Assembly (NCBI GenBank): GCA_024644345.1
Contig: JAHELE010000004.1
Span: 9,523 to 73,522, forward strand
From: Actinomycetes bacterium
GTDB lineage: Bacteria > Actinomycetota > Actinomycetes > JAHEKZ01
Direction: 5' to 3'
DNA: 64,000 bases
In this document: one piece after another, positions 47,396 to 58,466 of the stretch
Layout of the letters: the number at the start of each line of letters is the position of its first letter
Position numbering within the stretch: the stretch's first letter is position 1
Program-made: the position numbers and the translations under genes
Notes under the pieces: generated by a model
What the model saw: only the letters and a program-made list of their open reading frames with translations
Databases searched by the model: none
What the model was told of the DNA's origin: nothing

Positions 47396-47660
47396 CTGAC
47401 CTCCGTCGGGCTGGCGCGTCCGATCAGAGGGACGAGGCTGCTCACGCTAACCCCGCGGTACCACCCTCTTTGGCGGGCGTCCGGAGAACGCCTACCCGCT
47501 CACGGTCGCTGCAGCCGGGTCTACCTGGCACACCGGGTGTGGTGAGCCGCTCTTCCGGCAGCTCGGGGGTGATGTTCGCCACGCCGGCCCTCCGGGCTCC
47601 CACCATCCCCGGATCGCTTGTGGGCCTGTTCAGCGCGGGTACTCGTCCCGTCGACGCCGT
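47396..47660 (-). promoter_or_regulatory. T-box leader (Ile-specific) upstream of ileS
   Basis: Read on the minus strand: T-box core AAAGAGGGUGGUACCGCGGGG (reverse complement of 47454-47474, UGGU bulge) and a candidate specifier AUC-A (reverse complement of 47571-47574) in a hairpin loop. No downstream U-rich terminator was found. The SD GGAGG lies just after a CCCUCU-containing helix, consistent with a translational sequestrator type as in actinobacterial ileS leaders. The 5' boundary is approximate. Confidence 0.6.
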
Positions 47661-47793
47661 GCAGTCGCCGGAAGTCTAACCGCTCCTTCCTTGGGTATTC
47701 GGAGGTGAGGGCGGCGTGGCGGTTTGGACCTGCTGCGTCCCAGCGCCTATTCTCTCGCGGACTCCCCGCGCAGTCGGTCTCTAGGAGGTCCGC

Positions 47794-48678
47794 ATGGCGC
47801 AGCGCCCCAAGAGTGGGGGAACGACCCGGTCTCGGGCTGCTTCGGCACGCTCCGGATCGGCGAAGAAGGCGGCGGTGAAGAAGGCGCCGGCCAAGAAGGC
47901 TGCGGTGAAGAAGACAGCGAAAGCGCCGGCCAAGAAGGCGCCCGCCAAGAAGGCGCCCGCCAAGAAAGCTGCGGTGAAGAAGACAGCGAAAGCGCCGGCC
48001 AAGAAAGCTCCCGCCAAGAAAGCTGCGGTGAAGAAGTCCGCGGCGAAGGCGCCGGCCAAGAAGAGCGCACCGAAGGCGCCCGTCAAGAAGGCTGCGACCA
48101 GGGCGCCGGCCAAGAAAGCTCCCGCCAAGAAAGCTCCCGCCAAGAAAGCTGCGGTGAAGAAGTCCGCGGCGAAGGCGCCGGCCAAGAAGAGCGCACCGAA
48201 GGCGCCCGTCGAGAAAGCCCTGGCCCCCGCGCAGCCGACCGCCGCGCCGGCGCGGCCGCCCGTCCCGTTGAAGAAGGCCGCGACCCGGCCCAAGAAGTCG
48301 GCTCGGGGTCGCAAACCGCTCACTCCGGTCGAGCGCAAAGAGATGCGTGGCGTGCTGAGGGCCGAGCGCACGCGGCTGAAGGCCGAGATCTCCGCAGCCG
48401 TGGACGACCTCAACGAGCTGCTCCGCGACTCCGGAGACGGTTCGGGCGACGACCAGGCGGATGCCGGAAGCAAGACGTTCGAGCGTGAGCACGAGATGTC
48501 CGTCGCTAACAACTCACGAGATCTGCTCGAGCAGGTCGAGCACGCTCTCAAGCGGATCTCGGACGGCACCTACGGCACCTGCGAGAGCTGCGGGTTGCCG
48601 ATCGGGAAGATGCGGCTCGAAGCCTTCCCACGCGCCACCCTGTGCGTCGACTGCAAGCAGCGAGAGGAACGACGCTGA
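47794..48678 (+). CDS. DksA/TraR-family C4 zinc-finger protein with a long N-terminal lysine/alanine/proline-rich (histone H1/HU-tail-like) repeat domain
   Basis: 294 aa. The C-terminus is [26 protein letters not shown] (a CxxC..CxxC TraR/DksA finger) preceded by a coiled coil. The N-terminal roughly 170 aa are [13 protein letters not shown] repeats. TAGGAGG RBS. Confidence 0.8.
   Translation: MAQRPKSGGTTRSRAASARSGSAKKAAVKKAPAKKAAVKKTAKAPAKKAPAKKAPAKKAAVKKTAKAPAKKAPAKKAAVKKSAAKAPAKKSAPKAPVKKAATRAPAKKAPAKKAPAKKAAVKKSAAKAPAKKSAPKAPVEKALAPAQPTAAPARPPVPLKKAATRPKKSARGRKPLTPVERKEMRGVLRAERTRLKAEISAAVDDLNELLRDSGDGSGDDQADAGSKTFEREHEMSVANNSRDLLEQVEHALKRISDGTYGTCESCGLPIGKMRLEAFPRATLCVDCKQREERR
47880..48210 (+). 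repeat. tandem DNA repeats (unit about 111-126 bp, plus 15-bp sub-repeats gccaagaaagctccc) encoding the AKKA tail
   Basis: Near-identical blocks at about 47992-48090 and 48103-48215. These generate long spurious antisense ORFs (47521..48492, 47781..48569). Confidence 0.6.
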
Positions 48679-49193
48679 GCGAAGAGCCGGCTGTCACGGC
48701 GCCCAAGCGCCCGCTCTGGATCACCTTGGGAGTCGCTTCCGGCGTGCTGGTGCTCGACCAAGCGTCCAAATGGTGGGTTCAGCAGGTCATGCCTGGCCGT
48801 GAGCCGATCGAGATCGTCGGGGACTGGCTGCAGGTGACGTACACACTCAACCCGGGTGCGGCCTTCAGCATGGGAGGGAGCCTGACTGTCGCCCTTACCG
48901 CCATCGCCATCACCGTGGCGATAGTGATCATCAGAATGGCTTCACGGCTTGGATCGACGGCATGGGCGGTGGCCCTGGGAGGCATTCTGGGGGGAGCGCT
49001 GGGCAATCTCTCTGACCGGCTCTTCCGCAGCCCGGGACCTTTTCGCGGTCACGTGGTCGACTGGATCTCGGTACCCAACTGGCCGGTGTTCAACATCGCC
49101 GACAGCGCGATCTTCTGCTCAGCCATCTTGATGGTGTGGCTGTCATTTCGTGGAGTCGGTCTCGACGGCTCTCGTCCGGGAAGGACCGGCTAG
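48642..49193 (+). CDS. lspA: lipoprotein signal peptidase II
   Basis: 183 aa with 4 TM. LspA motifs NPGAAFSM and FNIADSAI. GTG start overlapping the upstream gene by 37 nt. The start is uncertain. Confidence 0.8.
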   Translation: MRRLQAARGTTLSEEPAVTAPKRPLWITLGVASGVLVLDQASKWWVQQVMPGREPIEIVGDWLQVTYTLNPGAAFSMGGSLTVALTAIAITVAIVIIRMASRLGSTAWAVALGGILGGALGNLSDRLFRSPGPFRGHVVDWISVPNWPVFNIADSAIFCSAILMVWLSFRGVGLDGSRPGRTG

Positions 49194-49202
49194 CCTCACC
49201 GG

Positions 49203-50129
49203 GTGTCAGAACATCGCAGGGTGGCCGTGCCGGAAGGGCTCGACGGTGAGCGGGTCGACTCCGCTCTCGCCCGGCTCTTCGGGCTCTCGCGAACGAAGGC
49301 GGCGGACCTGATCGGGGCGGGAGCAGTCCTGATCGATGGTGTTCCCCCTCTCAAGAGTGAGCGGGTGCAGGCTGGCGTCATAGTGGAGGTTGAGCTGCCC
49401 GCGGCGGCGTCGCCTGTCGCTGTCGACACCGAACCAGTGCCCGGACTCACGGTCGTGCATGACGACGACGACATCGTGGTGGTGGACAAACCCGTCGGTG
49501 TTGCCGCCCACCCGAGCCCGGGCTGGAGTGGACCGACTGTCGTGGGTGGACTGGCCGCCGCCGGCTATCGCGTCGCCACCAGCGGTGCGGCCGAGCGGCA
49601 GGGAGTGGTGCATCGCCTCGATGTCGGGACCAGCGGGGTGATGGTGGTCGCGAAGTCGGAGCGCGCCTATACCGTTCTGAAGTCCGCGTTCAAGGAACGG
49701 ACCGTCGAGAAGATCTACCACGCCGTCGTTCAAGGGCATCCAGACCCGAGCAGAGGCACGGTAGATGCACCGATCGGGCGGCACCCGAAGGATGACTGGC
49801 GCTGGGCTGTCACGGCCGGTGGCAAGGAGAGCGTGACCCACTACGAGACTCTGGAGGCCTTCCGGGCGGCCAGCCTGCTGATCATCCACCTGGAGACGGG
49901 GCGTACGCACCAGATTCGGGTGCATATGAGCGCGATCCGTCATCCATGCGTGGGCGACCTGACCTATGGGGCGGACCCGACGCTCTCGGCTCGCCTTGGT
50001 CTGACGCGACAGTGGCTCCATGCGCGAGAGCTGGCCTTCGCCCATCCGTCCTCCGGTGAGCAGGTGCGATTCACGTCCCCCTATCCGGCTGATCTTGAGC
50101 ACGCGCTCGTGGTGCTGCGCGAGGAGTAG
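49203..50129 (+). CDS. RluA-family pseudouridine synthase (RluD-like)
   Basis: 308 aa. N-terminal S4 domain and catalytic [15 protein letters not shown] motif. Confidence 0.85.
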   Translation: MSEHRRVAVPEGLDGERVDSALARLFGLSRTKAADLIGAGAVLIDGVPPLKSERVQAGVIVEVELPAAASPVAVDTEPVPGLTVVHDDDDIVVVDKPVGVAAHPSPGWSGPTVVGGLAAAGYRVATSGAAERQGVVHRLDVGTSGVMVVAKSERAYTVLKSAFKERTVEKIYHAVVQGHPDPSRGTVDAPIGRHPKDDWRWAVTAGGKESVTHYETLEAFRAASLLIIHLETGRTHQIRVHMSAIRHPCVGDLTYGADPTLSARLGLTRQWLHARELAFAHPSSGEQVRFTSPYPADLEHALVVLREE

Positions 50130-50336
50130 GCGGAGGTCCACTCGACGGCCTGGTAGGAGCCGGTATCGACCCGTAGGCAACGGGCACCTCGGTCTGATCC
50201 GGAGCGTCGGTTCGGGGATCTGCTCCGGCTGCGACTACAGTCGTCAGGGCCGCCTTCCCCCGGCACTGTGACACTCCTGCTCGACCCAGACCCTTCGGGG
50301 ACTCCTCCGATCCACCCCAGGGAGGCCGGCGCCGGT

Positions 50337-53300
50337 ATGGCCGACTCGTTCGTGCACCTGCACGTGCACACCGAGTACTCCATGCTCGATGGTGCTGCCC
50401 GCGTGGGTGAGTTGCTCGATGCCGCGGTTGAGCAGCAGATGCCCGCCATCGCGATCACCGATCACGGCAATGTCTTCGGGGCGCATGACTTCTACCGACA
50501 GGCAAGAGACCGCGGGATCAAACCGATCGTGGGTATCGAGGCCTACCTGACGCCCGGCACCGACCGGCGCGACCGGTCGCGAGTCCGGTGGGGCAGTGGT
50601 GGCCAAGACGACGTCTCGGGTGCCGGCGCGTACACCCACATGACGTTGCTAGCCCAGTCGACCGCGGGAATGCACAACCTGTTCCGTCTCTCCAGTCTGG
50701 CGAGCATCGAAGGGTTCTACTTCAAACCGCGCATGGACCGTGAGCTGCTCCAGACCTACGCCGACGGCATCATCGCGACGACGGGCTGCCCCTCCGGTGA
50801 GGTCCAGACCTTGCTGCGACTCGGCAAGTTCGACGCCGCGGTGCAGGCGGCGTCCGACTACCGCGACATCTTCGGGGCGGACAACTACTTCTGTGAGCTG
50901 ATGGACCACGGTCTCGACATCGAGCGTCGAGCTCGGGATGACCTCCTGCGACTGGCAAAGACACTCGACCTGCCACTGGTGGCGAGCAACGACCTGCACT
51001 ACACCCATGCGGCGGACGCGGTGTCGCATGCCGCGTTGCTGTGTGTGCAGTCCGGCTCGACGCTGGCCGACCCCACACGCTTCAAGTTCGATGCCGATGA
51101 CTTCTACCTGAAGACCGCAGCCGAGATGCGCGACGTGTGGCGCGACTTCCCTGAGGCGTGCGACAACACCCTGCTGATCGCCGAGCGGTGTGAGGTGGCG
51201 TTCAACGAGGACGCCAACCTGATGCCGAGATACGACGTGCCGGAGGGTGAGACCGAGGCCTCATGGTTCGTCAAGGAGGTAGAGCGGGGGCTGCACCATC
51301 GGTATCCGACGGGCATCTCCGACCAGGTGCGCAAGCAGGCCGAGTACGAGGTGGGTGTCATCTGCCAGATGGGCTTTCCTGGTTACTTCCTCGTGGTCGC
51401 GGACTTCATCGGATGGGCCAAGGAGCAGGGGATCAGGGTCGGCCCAGGCCGGGGTTCAGCCGCGGGCGCCATCGTGGCGTACGCCCTCGGCATCACCGAT
51501 CTCGATCCGCTCGTCCACGGGCTGCTCTTCGAGCGGTTCCTCAACCCCGAGCGGGTCTCCATGCCCGACATCGACATCGACTTCGACGAGCGTCGCCGGG
51601 GCGATGTCATCCGCTACGTCACTGACCGATATGGCGATGACCGGGTGGCCCAGATCGTCACCTACGGCACGATCAAGGCCAAGCAGGCGATCAAGGACTC
51701 CTCGCGGGTTCTTGGCTACCCCTACGCGCTCGGTGATCGCGTTACCAAGGTGATGCCCCCGTCCGTGATGGGCAAGGACATCTCGCTGGGCGGCATCTTC
51801 GACAGCAAGGACAAGCGGTACGGCGAAGCCGGCGAGTTCCGGGCTCTGTATGAGTCGGACGCCGACGTCAAACGTGTGGTCGACACAGCACGCGGGCTCG
51901 AGAACCTCAAGCGCCAGTGGGGGGTTCACGCAGCAGGCGTGATCATGTCGAGCGAACGCCTGATCGACCACATCCCCATCATGAAGCGCGAGCAGGACGG
52001 CGCCATCATCACGCAGTTCGACTACCCGACCTGCGAGAAGCTCGGGCTGCTGAAGATGGACTTCCTGGGGCTGCGCAACCTCACCGTTCTCGAGGACGCC
52101 CTTGCCAACATCGAGGCCAACCGAGGCGAGACCGTCGTCCTGGAAACCCTCGCGCTCGATGACAAGGCCACGTACGAGCTGCTCGCCAGCGGAGACACGC
52201 TGGGCGTCTTCCAGCTCGACGGCGGCCCGATGCGGGCACTGCTCCGGTCCATGGTTCCCGACAGCTTCGAGGACATCTCGGCGGTGCTGGCGCTGTACCG
52301 CCCAGGCCCCATGGGAGCCAACGCGCACAACGACTACGCCGACCGTAAGAACAACCGCAAGCCGGTCACGCCGATCCACCCCGAGCTCGCTGACCCATTG
52401 GCCGACATCCTCGGCGACACCTACGGGGTGATCGTCTACCAGGAGCAGGTCATGGCGATCGCCCAGCAGCTCGCCGGATACACGCTCGGACAGGCCGACC
52501 TGCTGAGGCGGGCCATGGGCAAGAAGAAGAAGGAGGTACTCGACAAGGAGTTCGTCCCCTTCTCGGATGGAATGCGTGAACGCGGGTACTCAGACAAGGC
52601 CATCGCGACGTTGTGGGAGATCCTGGTCCCCTTCGCCGACTACGCCTTCAACAAGGCTCACACCGCTGGGTACGGACTGGTCTCGTACTGGACCGCCTAC
52701 CTCAAGGCGAACTTCCCTGCCGAGTACATGGCGGCCCTGCTGACGTCGGTTCGCGACGACAAGGACAAGTCGGCGCTGTACCTCCACGAGTGTCGTCGGA
52801 TGGGAATCAAGGTTCTTCCGCCCGACGTCAACGACTCCGATGCCAACTACACCCCACGGGGGACTGACATCCGCTTCGGGCTTGCTGCGATCCGGAACGT
52901 AGGCCTGAACGTTGTGTCGTCGGTGGTCGAGGCACGTCGGGCCAAGGGGCGTTTCAGCGACTTCGCTGACTTCCTGGCCAAGGTCGACCAGGTGGTCTGC
53001 AACAAGCGAGTGATTGAGTCGTTGGTGAAGGCCGGTGCATTCGACTCACTCGGACATACCCGACGGGGGCTGATCACGGTGCACGTCGAGGCCGTTGACA
53101 TGGTCCTTGAGACCAAGCGGGCGGAGGCGATCGGGCAGTTCGACCTGTTCGGCTCCTCTGAGGACACCGAGACAGCTGCCTTCACCTCCGAGCTCACGAT
53201 CCCGGTCGGCGAGTGGGACAAGGCCGTCCTGCTCAGCAACGAGCGGGACATGCTGGGTCTCTATGTGTCTGACCATCCGCTCTTCGGTGTCGAGCATGTG

Positions 53301-53852
53301 CTGGCCGCGAACTCCGACTGTTCAGTTGCCGAGCTGATGGCCGACAGCGAGCGGCCCGACGGGTCGACGGTGACGGTGGGTGGGCTGATCACCGGGCTAC
53401 AACGCAAGGTGACCAAGCAGGGCAACGCATGGGCAATCGCCACTCTGGAAGACCTCGAGGGCGCGATCGAGGCGATGTTCTTTCCGGCCACGTACAACCT
53501 GGTGGCCCCTCATCTGCACGAGGATCGGATCGTGCTGGTGCGTGGTCGCGTCGACCGACGCGACGACGTCCCCAAACTGATCGCGATGGAACTCAGCCTG
53601 CCTGACCTGGACGCCGAGGAGTCGAGGGGTCCGGTCGTGATCTCGCTGCCAGTGGCTCGCTGTGTCCCTCCGGTGGTCGACCGGCTGAAGGAGGTTCTCA
53701 GCGCGCACCCGGGGACGGTGGAGGTGCATCTCCAGCTCCAGAGCGGTGGCCGAACGACTGTGATGCGGCTCGACGACCGGCTGCGGGTGCGGCCGTCACC
53801 GGCCCTCTTCGGAGACGTGAAGGCGCTGCTGGGCCAGACCAGCGTCGCCTGA
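50337..53852 (+). CDS. dnaE: DNA polymerase III alpha subunit (replicative DnaE1)
   Basis: ORF track 50268..53852. The ATG at 50337 (MADSFVHLHVHTEYSMLDGAA..) has a GGGAGG RBS. 1171 aa with PHP, palm/fingers and OB domains. Confidence 0.9.
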   Translation: MADSFVHLHVHTEYSMLDGAARVGELLDAAVEQQMPAIAITDHGNVFGAHDFYRQARDRGIKPIVGIEAYLTPGTDRRDRSRVRWGSGGQDDVSGAGAYTHMTLLAQSTAGMHNLFRLSSLASIEGFYFKPRMDRELLQTYADGIIATTGCPSGEVQTLLRLGKFDAAVQAASDYRDIFGADNYFCELMDHGLDIERRARDDLLRLAKTLDLPLVASNDLHYTHAADAVSHAALLCVQSGSTLADPTRFKFDADDFYLKTAAEMRDVWRDFPEACDNTLLIAERCEVAFNEDANLMPRYDVPEGETEASWFVKEVERGLHHRYPTGISDQVRKQAEYEVGVICQMGFPGYFLVVADFIGWAKEQGIRVGPGRGSAAGAIVAYALGITDLDPLVHGLLFERFLNPERVSMPDIDIDFDERRRGDVIRYVTDRYGDDRVAQIVTYGTIKAKQAIKDSSRVLGYPYALGDRVTKVMPPSVMGKDISLGGIFDSKDKRYGEAGEFRALYESDADVKRVVDTARGLENLKRQWGVHAAGVIMSSERLIDHIPIMKREQDGAIITQFDYPTCEKLGLLKMDFLGLRNLTVLEDALANIEANRGETVVLETLALDDKATYELLASGDTLGVFQLDGGPMRALLRSMVPDSFEDISAVLALYRPGPMGANAHNDYADRKNNRKPVTPIHPELADPLADILGDTYGVIVYQEQVMAIAQQLAGYTLGQADLLRRAMGKKKKEVLDKEFVPFSDGMRERGYSDKAIATLWEILVPFADYAFNKAHTAGYGLVSYWTAYLKANFPAEYMAALLTSVRDDKDKSALYLHECRRMGIKVLPPDVNDSDANYTPRGTDIRFGLAAIRNVGLNVVSSVVEARRAKGRFSDFADFLAKVDQVVCNKRVIESLVKAGAFDSLGHTRRGLITVHVEAVDMVLETKRAEAIGQFDLFGSSEDTETAAFTSELTIPVGEWDKAVLLSNERDMLGLYVSDHPLFGVEHVLAANSDCSVAELMADSERPDGSTVTVGGLITGLQRKVTKQGNAWAIATLEDLEGAIEAMFFPATYNLVAPHLHEDRIVLVRGRVDRRDDVPKLIAMELSLPDLDAEESRGPVVISLPVARCVPPVVDRLKEVLSAHPGTVEVHLQLQSGGRTTVMRLDDRLRVRPSPALFGDVKALLGQTSVA

Positions 53853-53929
53853 GTGTCGACCGACCGCCCCCGGCACGCCATCCACGATCGGCGGTCGTGG
53901 CAGGTCCCATGGCCGGATAGCCTGGTGCG

Positions 53930-55513
53930 ATGAGTGAGACGGGGGGGTTCGACCCGATCGGGCCGACGGAGTCGACCGGGCCGGCTGAACCCGCCGAGCC
54001 TGTCGTGCCTGCTCGGAAGAGCCGACGACTGTGGGTGCTGGCGGTCGTGGGAGTGGCCGTCATCGCCTCAGCCGGCGCTGGGTTCGCAGCTGGTACTGCC
54101 GTCGGAGGCGGCGGAACCCAACCAGAGGATGTATTGCCCGACACCGTCGTGGCCTATGTCGACCTCGACCTCGACCCCCCGGCGCAGCAGAAGCTCAACC
54201 TCGTACGGCTCCTCGGGCAGTTCGGGGGAGTCAAGCGTGAGTACGGCAGCGAACCAGACCTTCGATCCGTCGCCGTCGACTGGCTGCTCAACGGGTCGGC
54301 CCTCGAGGATGCGGACGTGTCGGCCTGGGTGGGTGATCGCGTCGGGCTCGGCGTCAGCTGGGACCCCGAAGCCCAAGAGCTGACGCCGGTCGCAGCACTC
54401 CAGGTGACCGACGAGCGCGAGGCGGTGTCCGAGCTCAAGCGTGTGGTCGAGCCCCAGCAGGTCGCGGTGGTCGACGGGTACGTCGTCGTCACCGGAGACC
54501 TGTTCGCCGAGTTCGATGCCCTGGATGCGCTTGATGGGGTCGTGGGGTCCGACCTCCCCGGTTCGCAGTCAGCGGCGGACGTCGTGGCTGCGGGTCAGTC
54601 GGCCCCGCTGTCGGCGTCCCCGGCATTCACAGCCCTGTTTGACCGGCTCGATGACGGGTTGGTGACGATGTACGTCGACGGTGACCGCATCGCGGCGGCC
54701 GGGGAACAACTGGCCGACACCCTCGGATTGGGAGGACCGGGCCTTTCCGACGCGTTGGACCGGTTGAGCACGTCGGGCCAGGCCGGGGCGGTGATTCGCG
54801 CCGAGCCAAACGCTCTGGAGCTGCTCGCGTGGACGAGTGCCGCGCCGCCGGGTGGCGATGAACCAGCGCGACTGACAAGCGGTCTCCCCACCTCGACCTT
54901 GATGGCCGCCGAGACGACGGGCGGGTCCGCGTTGGTCGCTGATCGCTGGTCGCAGCTCCGTGGCGAGATCGGCGCGAAGACGTTCGACAAGGCCGTTGCC
55001 GATGTCGAGCAGCAGTACTCCCTGACGCTGCCGGCCGACCTTGTGACGATGGCAGGTGACGACGCGGTACTGGCGGTGGACGGGGAGGGGTTGCTCACGG
55101 GGGTGCCTGGAGTCGGTCTGCGCTCGCTGACCGATCCAGCTGCCGGCGCCGACGTTGCCACCCGGCTCGAAGCCGGATTGGCTGACCTGACCGGAGGCTT
55201 CGGGATCACCGCCGAGGGCACCGGCGACGGCTTCCTGGTCGCCACCACCGATACGTATGCCGAGCGTCTTGCGGCCGGTGACGGCGGCCTGGGCGCAGAT
55301 CCACAGTTCCAGGCGGCTCTGCCGGATGCCGAAACAGCGACCACCTTGATCTGGGTGAACTTTGCGCCGGTCAAGGGCTTTGCCGCACTGGCTGCGCCCG
55401 AGTCGGCCGAACTGATCGCCCCCCTTCAGGCATTCGGATTCACCATCAGCCCAGATGGCGGAGGGTCGACGATCCGGGCCCGATTGGTGTTCGACCAGGC
55501 GGATGCCGCGTGA
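53930..55513 (+). CDS. DUF3352-like secreted/membrane-anchored protein
   Basis: 527 aa with one N-terminal TM. Ala/Gly/Asp-rich extracytoplasmic domain. Assigned from size and context. GTGA overlap with the next gene. Confidence 0.5.
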   Translation: MSETGGFDPIGPTESTGPAEPAEPVVPARKSRRLWVLAVVGVAVIASAGAGFAAGTAVGGGGTQPEDVLPDTVVAYVDLDLDPPAQQKLNLVRLLGQFGGVKREYGSEPDLRSVAVDWLLNGSALEDADVSAWVGDRVGLGVSWDPEAQELTPVAALQVTDEREAVSELKRVVEPQQVAVVDGYVVVTGDLFAEFDALDALDGVVGSDLPGSQSAADVVAAGQSAPLSASPAFTALFDRLDDGLVTMYVDGDRIAAAGEQLADTLGLGGPGLSDALDRLSTSGQAGAVIRAEPNALELLAWTSAAPPGGDEPARLTSGLPTSTLMAAETTGGSALVADRWSQLRGEIGAKTFDKAVADVEQQYSLTLPADLVTMAGDDAVLAVDGEGLLTGVPGVGLRSLTDPAAGADVATRLEAGLADLTGGFGITAEGTGDGFLVATTDTYAERLAAGDGGLGADPQFQAALPDAETATTLIWVNFAPVKGFAALAAPESAELIAPLQAFGFTISPDGGGSTIRARLVFDQADAA

Positions 55514-56046
55514 CGGCTCAGCGGTCCGGCCTGGCGGTCTTTGCCCAGACAGCACTCATCGCGCTGGCCCTGGGAGTCCTGATGGGTCTGGTGTGGTGGT
55601 GGGTGGTACCGACCGAGCAGTGGACGGTCGTCGAGGGAGGGCTGCTCCCGGCGGATCTGGGGTACTCGGCGTGGTTCTCATCAGACGGTTGGTTCCTGGT
55701 GTTGGGAGCGATCGCAGGTGCCGTTCTCGCCGGCGCAAGTTGGCGGCGCGGCCGCTCCCGTCCCCTCGTCCTCACGGTCGGCATCATCGTGGGTGCCGGC
55801 CTGGTGTCGGTGGTGGCATGGTCTCTCGGTGGGGCCCTTGGAGCTCCGGATCCGAAGGCCGCGGCTGAGACTGCATCGGTGGGGACCCTCGTCGACGGGT
55901 CACTGGGCATCCGCGCGATCGGCGTTCTCTTCGCGCCGGCTCTGGCGGCGCTCACCGTGCAGGCCCTGCTGTTGTCCGGTACCAAGCTGTTTGACGAACC
56001 CTCGCCCGTCGCCGACAGCAGTTGGGTACCTCAGCAGTCCTGGTGA
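55510..56046 (+). CDS. hypothetical membrane protein (4 TM)
   Basis: 178 aa. Translationally coupled to the previous gene. Hydrophobic helices. No family recognised. Confidence 0.5.
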   Translation: MTAQRSGLAVFAQTALIALALGVLMGLVWWWVVPTEQWTVVEGGLLPADLGYSAWFSSDGWFLVLGAIAGAVLAGASWRRGRSRPLVLTVGIIVGAGLVSVVAWSLGGALGAPDPKAAAETASVGTLVDGSLGIRAIGVLFAPALAALTVQALLLSGTKLFDEPSPVADSSWVPQQSW

Positions 56047-56070
56047 GCCCGTCCTTCCTAGACTGCTCCC

Positions 56071-57375
56071 ATGATCTCCCGCATCGACCTCACGGGTGCC
56101 GCACGTGCCTCTGTGGATCCCCGTGATGTGCTCCCGCGCGCCGAACTGAGTGTTGAGGCTGCGGTCGAGCAGGTACGCCCCCTCTGTGATGACGTGCGTC
56201 GGCGTGGCTCGGTGGCAGTCCGAGAGATCACGGCACGTTTCGACGGAGTCGAGCTCGAGTCGGCTCGGGTTCCCTCTCACGCGATCGCGGACGCCGTCGC
56301 AGCGCTTGATCCGCTGCTGCGGGAGGCACTTGAAGAGGCGATAGCCCGCACCCGCCGGGTGCACCGGGCACAGTCACGTGCGGACGTGACCGTCGAGGTC
56401 GTTCCGGGGGGTCGCGTCACCGAGACCTGGGTGCCGGTGCGACGAGTCGGCCTGTACGTGCCGGGTGGTCTCGTCGCCTACCCGAGCAGCGTGGTCATGA
56501 ATGTCGTTCCGGCCCAGATTGCCGGAGTCGAGTCCCTTGCCATTGCGTCGCCCCCGCAGAGCGGAAACCATGGCCTGCCGAACGCCGCAGTCCTCGCCGC
56601 GTGTGGACTCCTCGGTATCGACGAGGTGTACGCCGTCGGCGGTGCGCAGGCCGTTGCGATGTTCGCCTACGGAACCGACGACTGCCCCCGGGTTGACCTC
56701 GTGACCGGCCCCGGCAACATCTTCGTCGCCGCGGCCAAGCGCCTGCTCAAGGGCGTTGTCGGCATCGACTCGGAGGCCGGACCGACCGAGATCGGGATCT
56801 TGGCCGACCGGTCCGCCGACCCCGGGTATCTGGCGGCCGACCTGATCGCCCAGGCCGAGCACGACGCAAATGCCTCCTGCCTGCTGGTCACCGACTCAGC
56901 CGACCTTCTGGTCGCCGTTGATGCAGAGGTGGCCCAGCAGCTCACGACGACGCGGCACCGCGAACGAGTCGAGACGGCGCTGTCGAAGCAGAGCGCCTAC
57001 GTTCTTGTCGACGACCTCGACCAGGGATTGGAGGTCGTCGACGAATGGGCAGCTGAGCATCTCGAGATCGTGACGGCCGACGCGCCCGAGCGCGCCTCTC
57101 GGGTGCGCAATGCCGGCGCGATCTTCGTCGGCCCCTACTCGCCGGTGTCTCTCGGCGACTACCTGGCCGGTTCTAACCACGTTCTGCCGACGGGGGGAAC
57201 GGCACGTCACAGTGGTGGGCTCTCGGTGCAGTCGTTCCTGCGGGGGATGCACATCATCGAGTACGACCGAGACGCACTGGCCGGGTCGGCCCGCTACATC
57301 GATGCGCTCGGCGGCGCCGAAGACCTCCAGGCTCATGTCGCAGCGGTCCGCGTCCGCATCCCGCGAGACACCTGA
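56071..57375 (+). CDS. hisD: histidinol dehydrogenase
   Basis: 434 aa. HisD motifs (..[12 protein letters not shown].., AEHDANAS, Zn/NAD site). Confidence 0.9.
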   Translation: MISRIDLTGAARASVDPRDVLPRAELSVEAAVEQVRPLCDDVRRRGSVAVREITARFDGVELESARVPSHAIADAVAALDPLLREALEEAIARTRRVHRAQSRADVTVEVVPGGRVTETWVPVRRVGLYVPGGLVAYPSSVVMNVVPAQIAGVESLAIASPPQSGNHGLPNAAVLAACGLLGIDEVYAVGGAQAVAMFAYGTDDCPRVDLVTGPGNIFVAAAKRLLKGVVGIDSEAGPTEIGILADRSADPGYLAADLIAQAEHDANASCLLVTDSADLLVAVDAEVAQQLTTTRHRERVETALSKQSAYVLVDDLDQGLEVVDEWAAEHLEIVTADAPERASRVRNAGAIFVGPYSPVSLGDYLAGSNHVLPTGGTARHSGGLSVQSFLRGMHIIEYDRDALAGSARYIDALGGAEDLQAHVAAVRVRIPRDT

Positions 57376-58466
57376 TGGGACTCGACGACTTGCCGCTGCG
57401 GCCCGACCTGCGCGGCCAGACACCGTATGGCGCTCCACAGCTCGATGTGGACGTCAGGTTGAACACCAACGAGAACCCCTTCTCACCCAGCGCCGCCGTT
57501 GTCGCCTCGATCACCGAGCACGTCGCTCAGGTGGCCGGCGGCCTCAACAGATACCCCGATCGCGACGCCGTCGCCCTACGGGGCGCTCTTGCCGGCTACG
57601 TGTCGGAGCGGACGGGCATCGAGGTGACATCCAACGAGGTCTGGCCCGCGAACGGCAGCAACGAGGTGTTGCAGCAGCTTCTGCAGGCATTCGGCGGGCC
57701 GGGGCGATCTGCGGTGGGGTTCGAACCGACCTACTCCATGCACCGGCTGATCTGCCGCGGAACCGGGACGGACTACCTTGCCCACTCTCGAACCGACACC
57801 TTCGACGTGACACCCGCGGTCGTCCAGCGTGCGATCGGTGAAAGCAACCCGGATATCGTCTTCCTCTGCACGCCCAACAACCCGACGGGTACCGCGATCG
57901 GCCTCGATGTGATCGCCGAGCTGTACGACGCCACCTCGGGGGTCGTGATCATCGACGAGGCGTATGCCGAGTTCAGCTCGAGTCCGAGCGCGGTCACGCT
58001 GCTCCCAGGCCGTGAGCGGCTCGTCGTGGTGCGCACGCTGAGCAAGGCCCTGGAACTGGCTGGAGCACGCATCGGCTACGCAGTCGCGAACCCGTCCGTC
58101 GTCGACGCCCTTCAACTCGTTCGCCTGCCCTACCATCTGTCCGCCGTCACGCAGGCGGTTGGCCTGGCGGCATTGGAGCACACAGCAGAGCTCCTCCACC
58201 GGGTCGAGGAACTGACGGTGCAGCGGGACCGGATCGCTCGTTCCCTCGAGGAACTCGGCTACGACGTCCATGCGTCCGAGGCAAACTTTGTGTTCTTCGG
58301 GGCGATCGGAGATCAACGCCTGATGTGGAATGAGCTGGTCGAGGCCAGCGTCTTGGTCAGGGACGTTGGCGTCCCTGGTCATCTGCGGGTCACCGCAGGA
58401 ACCCCGGACGAGACCGACGCCTTCCTCGAGGCGATCGCCGCCATCACGAAGGAGCCTTCTCTATGA
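57375..58466 (+). CDS. hisC: histidinol-phosphate aminotransferase
   Basis: 363 aa. Class-II aminotransferase with a PLP Lys in a TLSKA context. TGATG overlap with hisD. Confidence 0.9.
   Translation: MGLDDLPLRPDLRGQTPYGAPQLDVDVRLNTNENPFSPSAAVVASITEHVAQVAGGLNRYPDRDAVALRGALAGYVSERTGIEVTSNEVWPANGSNEVLQQLLQAFGGPGRSAVGFEPTYSMHRLICRGTGTDYLAHSRTDTFDVTPAVVQRAIGESNPDIVFLCTPNNPTGTAIGLDVIAELYDATSGVVIIDEAYAEFSSSPSAVTLLPGRERLVVVRTLSKALELAGARIGYAVANPSVVDALQLVRLPYHLSAVTQAVGLAALEHTAELLHRVEELTVQRDRIARSLEELGYDVHASEANFVFFGAIGDQRLMWNELVEASVLVRDVGVPGHLRVTAGTPDETDAFLEAIAAITKEPSL

Noticed and set aside
43292-48210. Whether the tandem repeats (divIVA PAQAQ, dksA-like AKKA) could be CRISPR arrays
   Set aside because: The units are in-frame coding repeats without unique spacers and sit inside well-supported genes. 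No cas genes are present.
47521-48569. 323-aa and 262-aa minus-strand ORFs antisense to the dksA-like gene
   Set aside because: They are generated by the Lys/Ala codon tandem repeats (GCC AAG AAG...) read in reverse. They have no start context and no function motifs.
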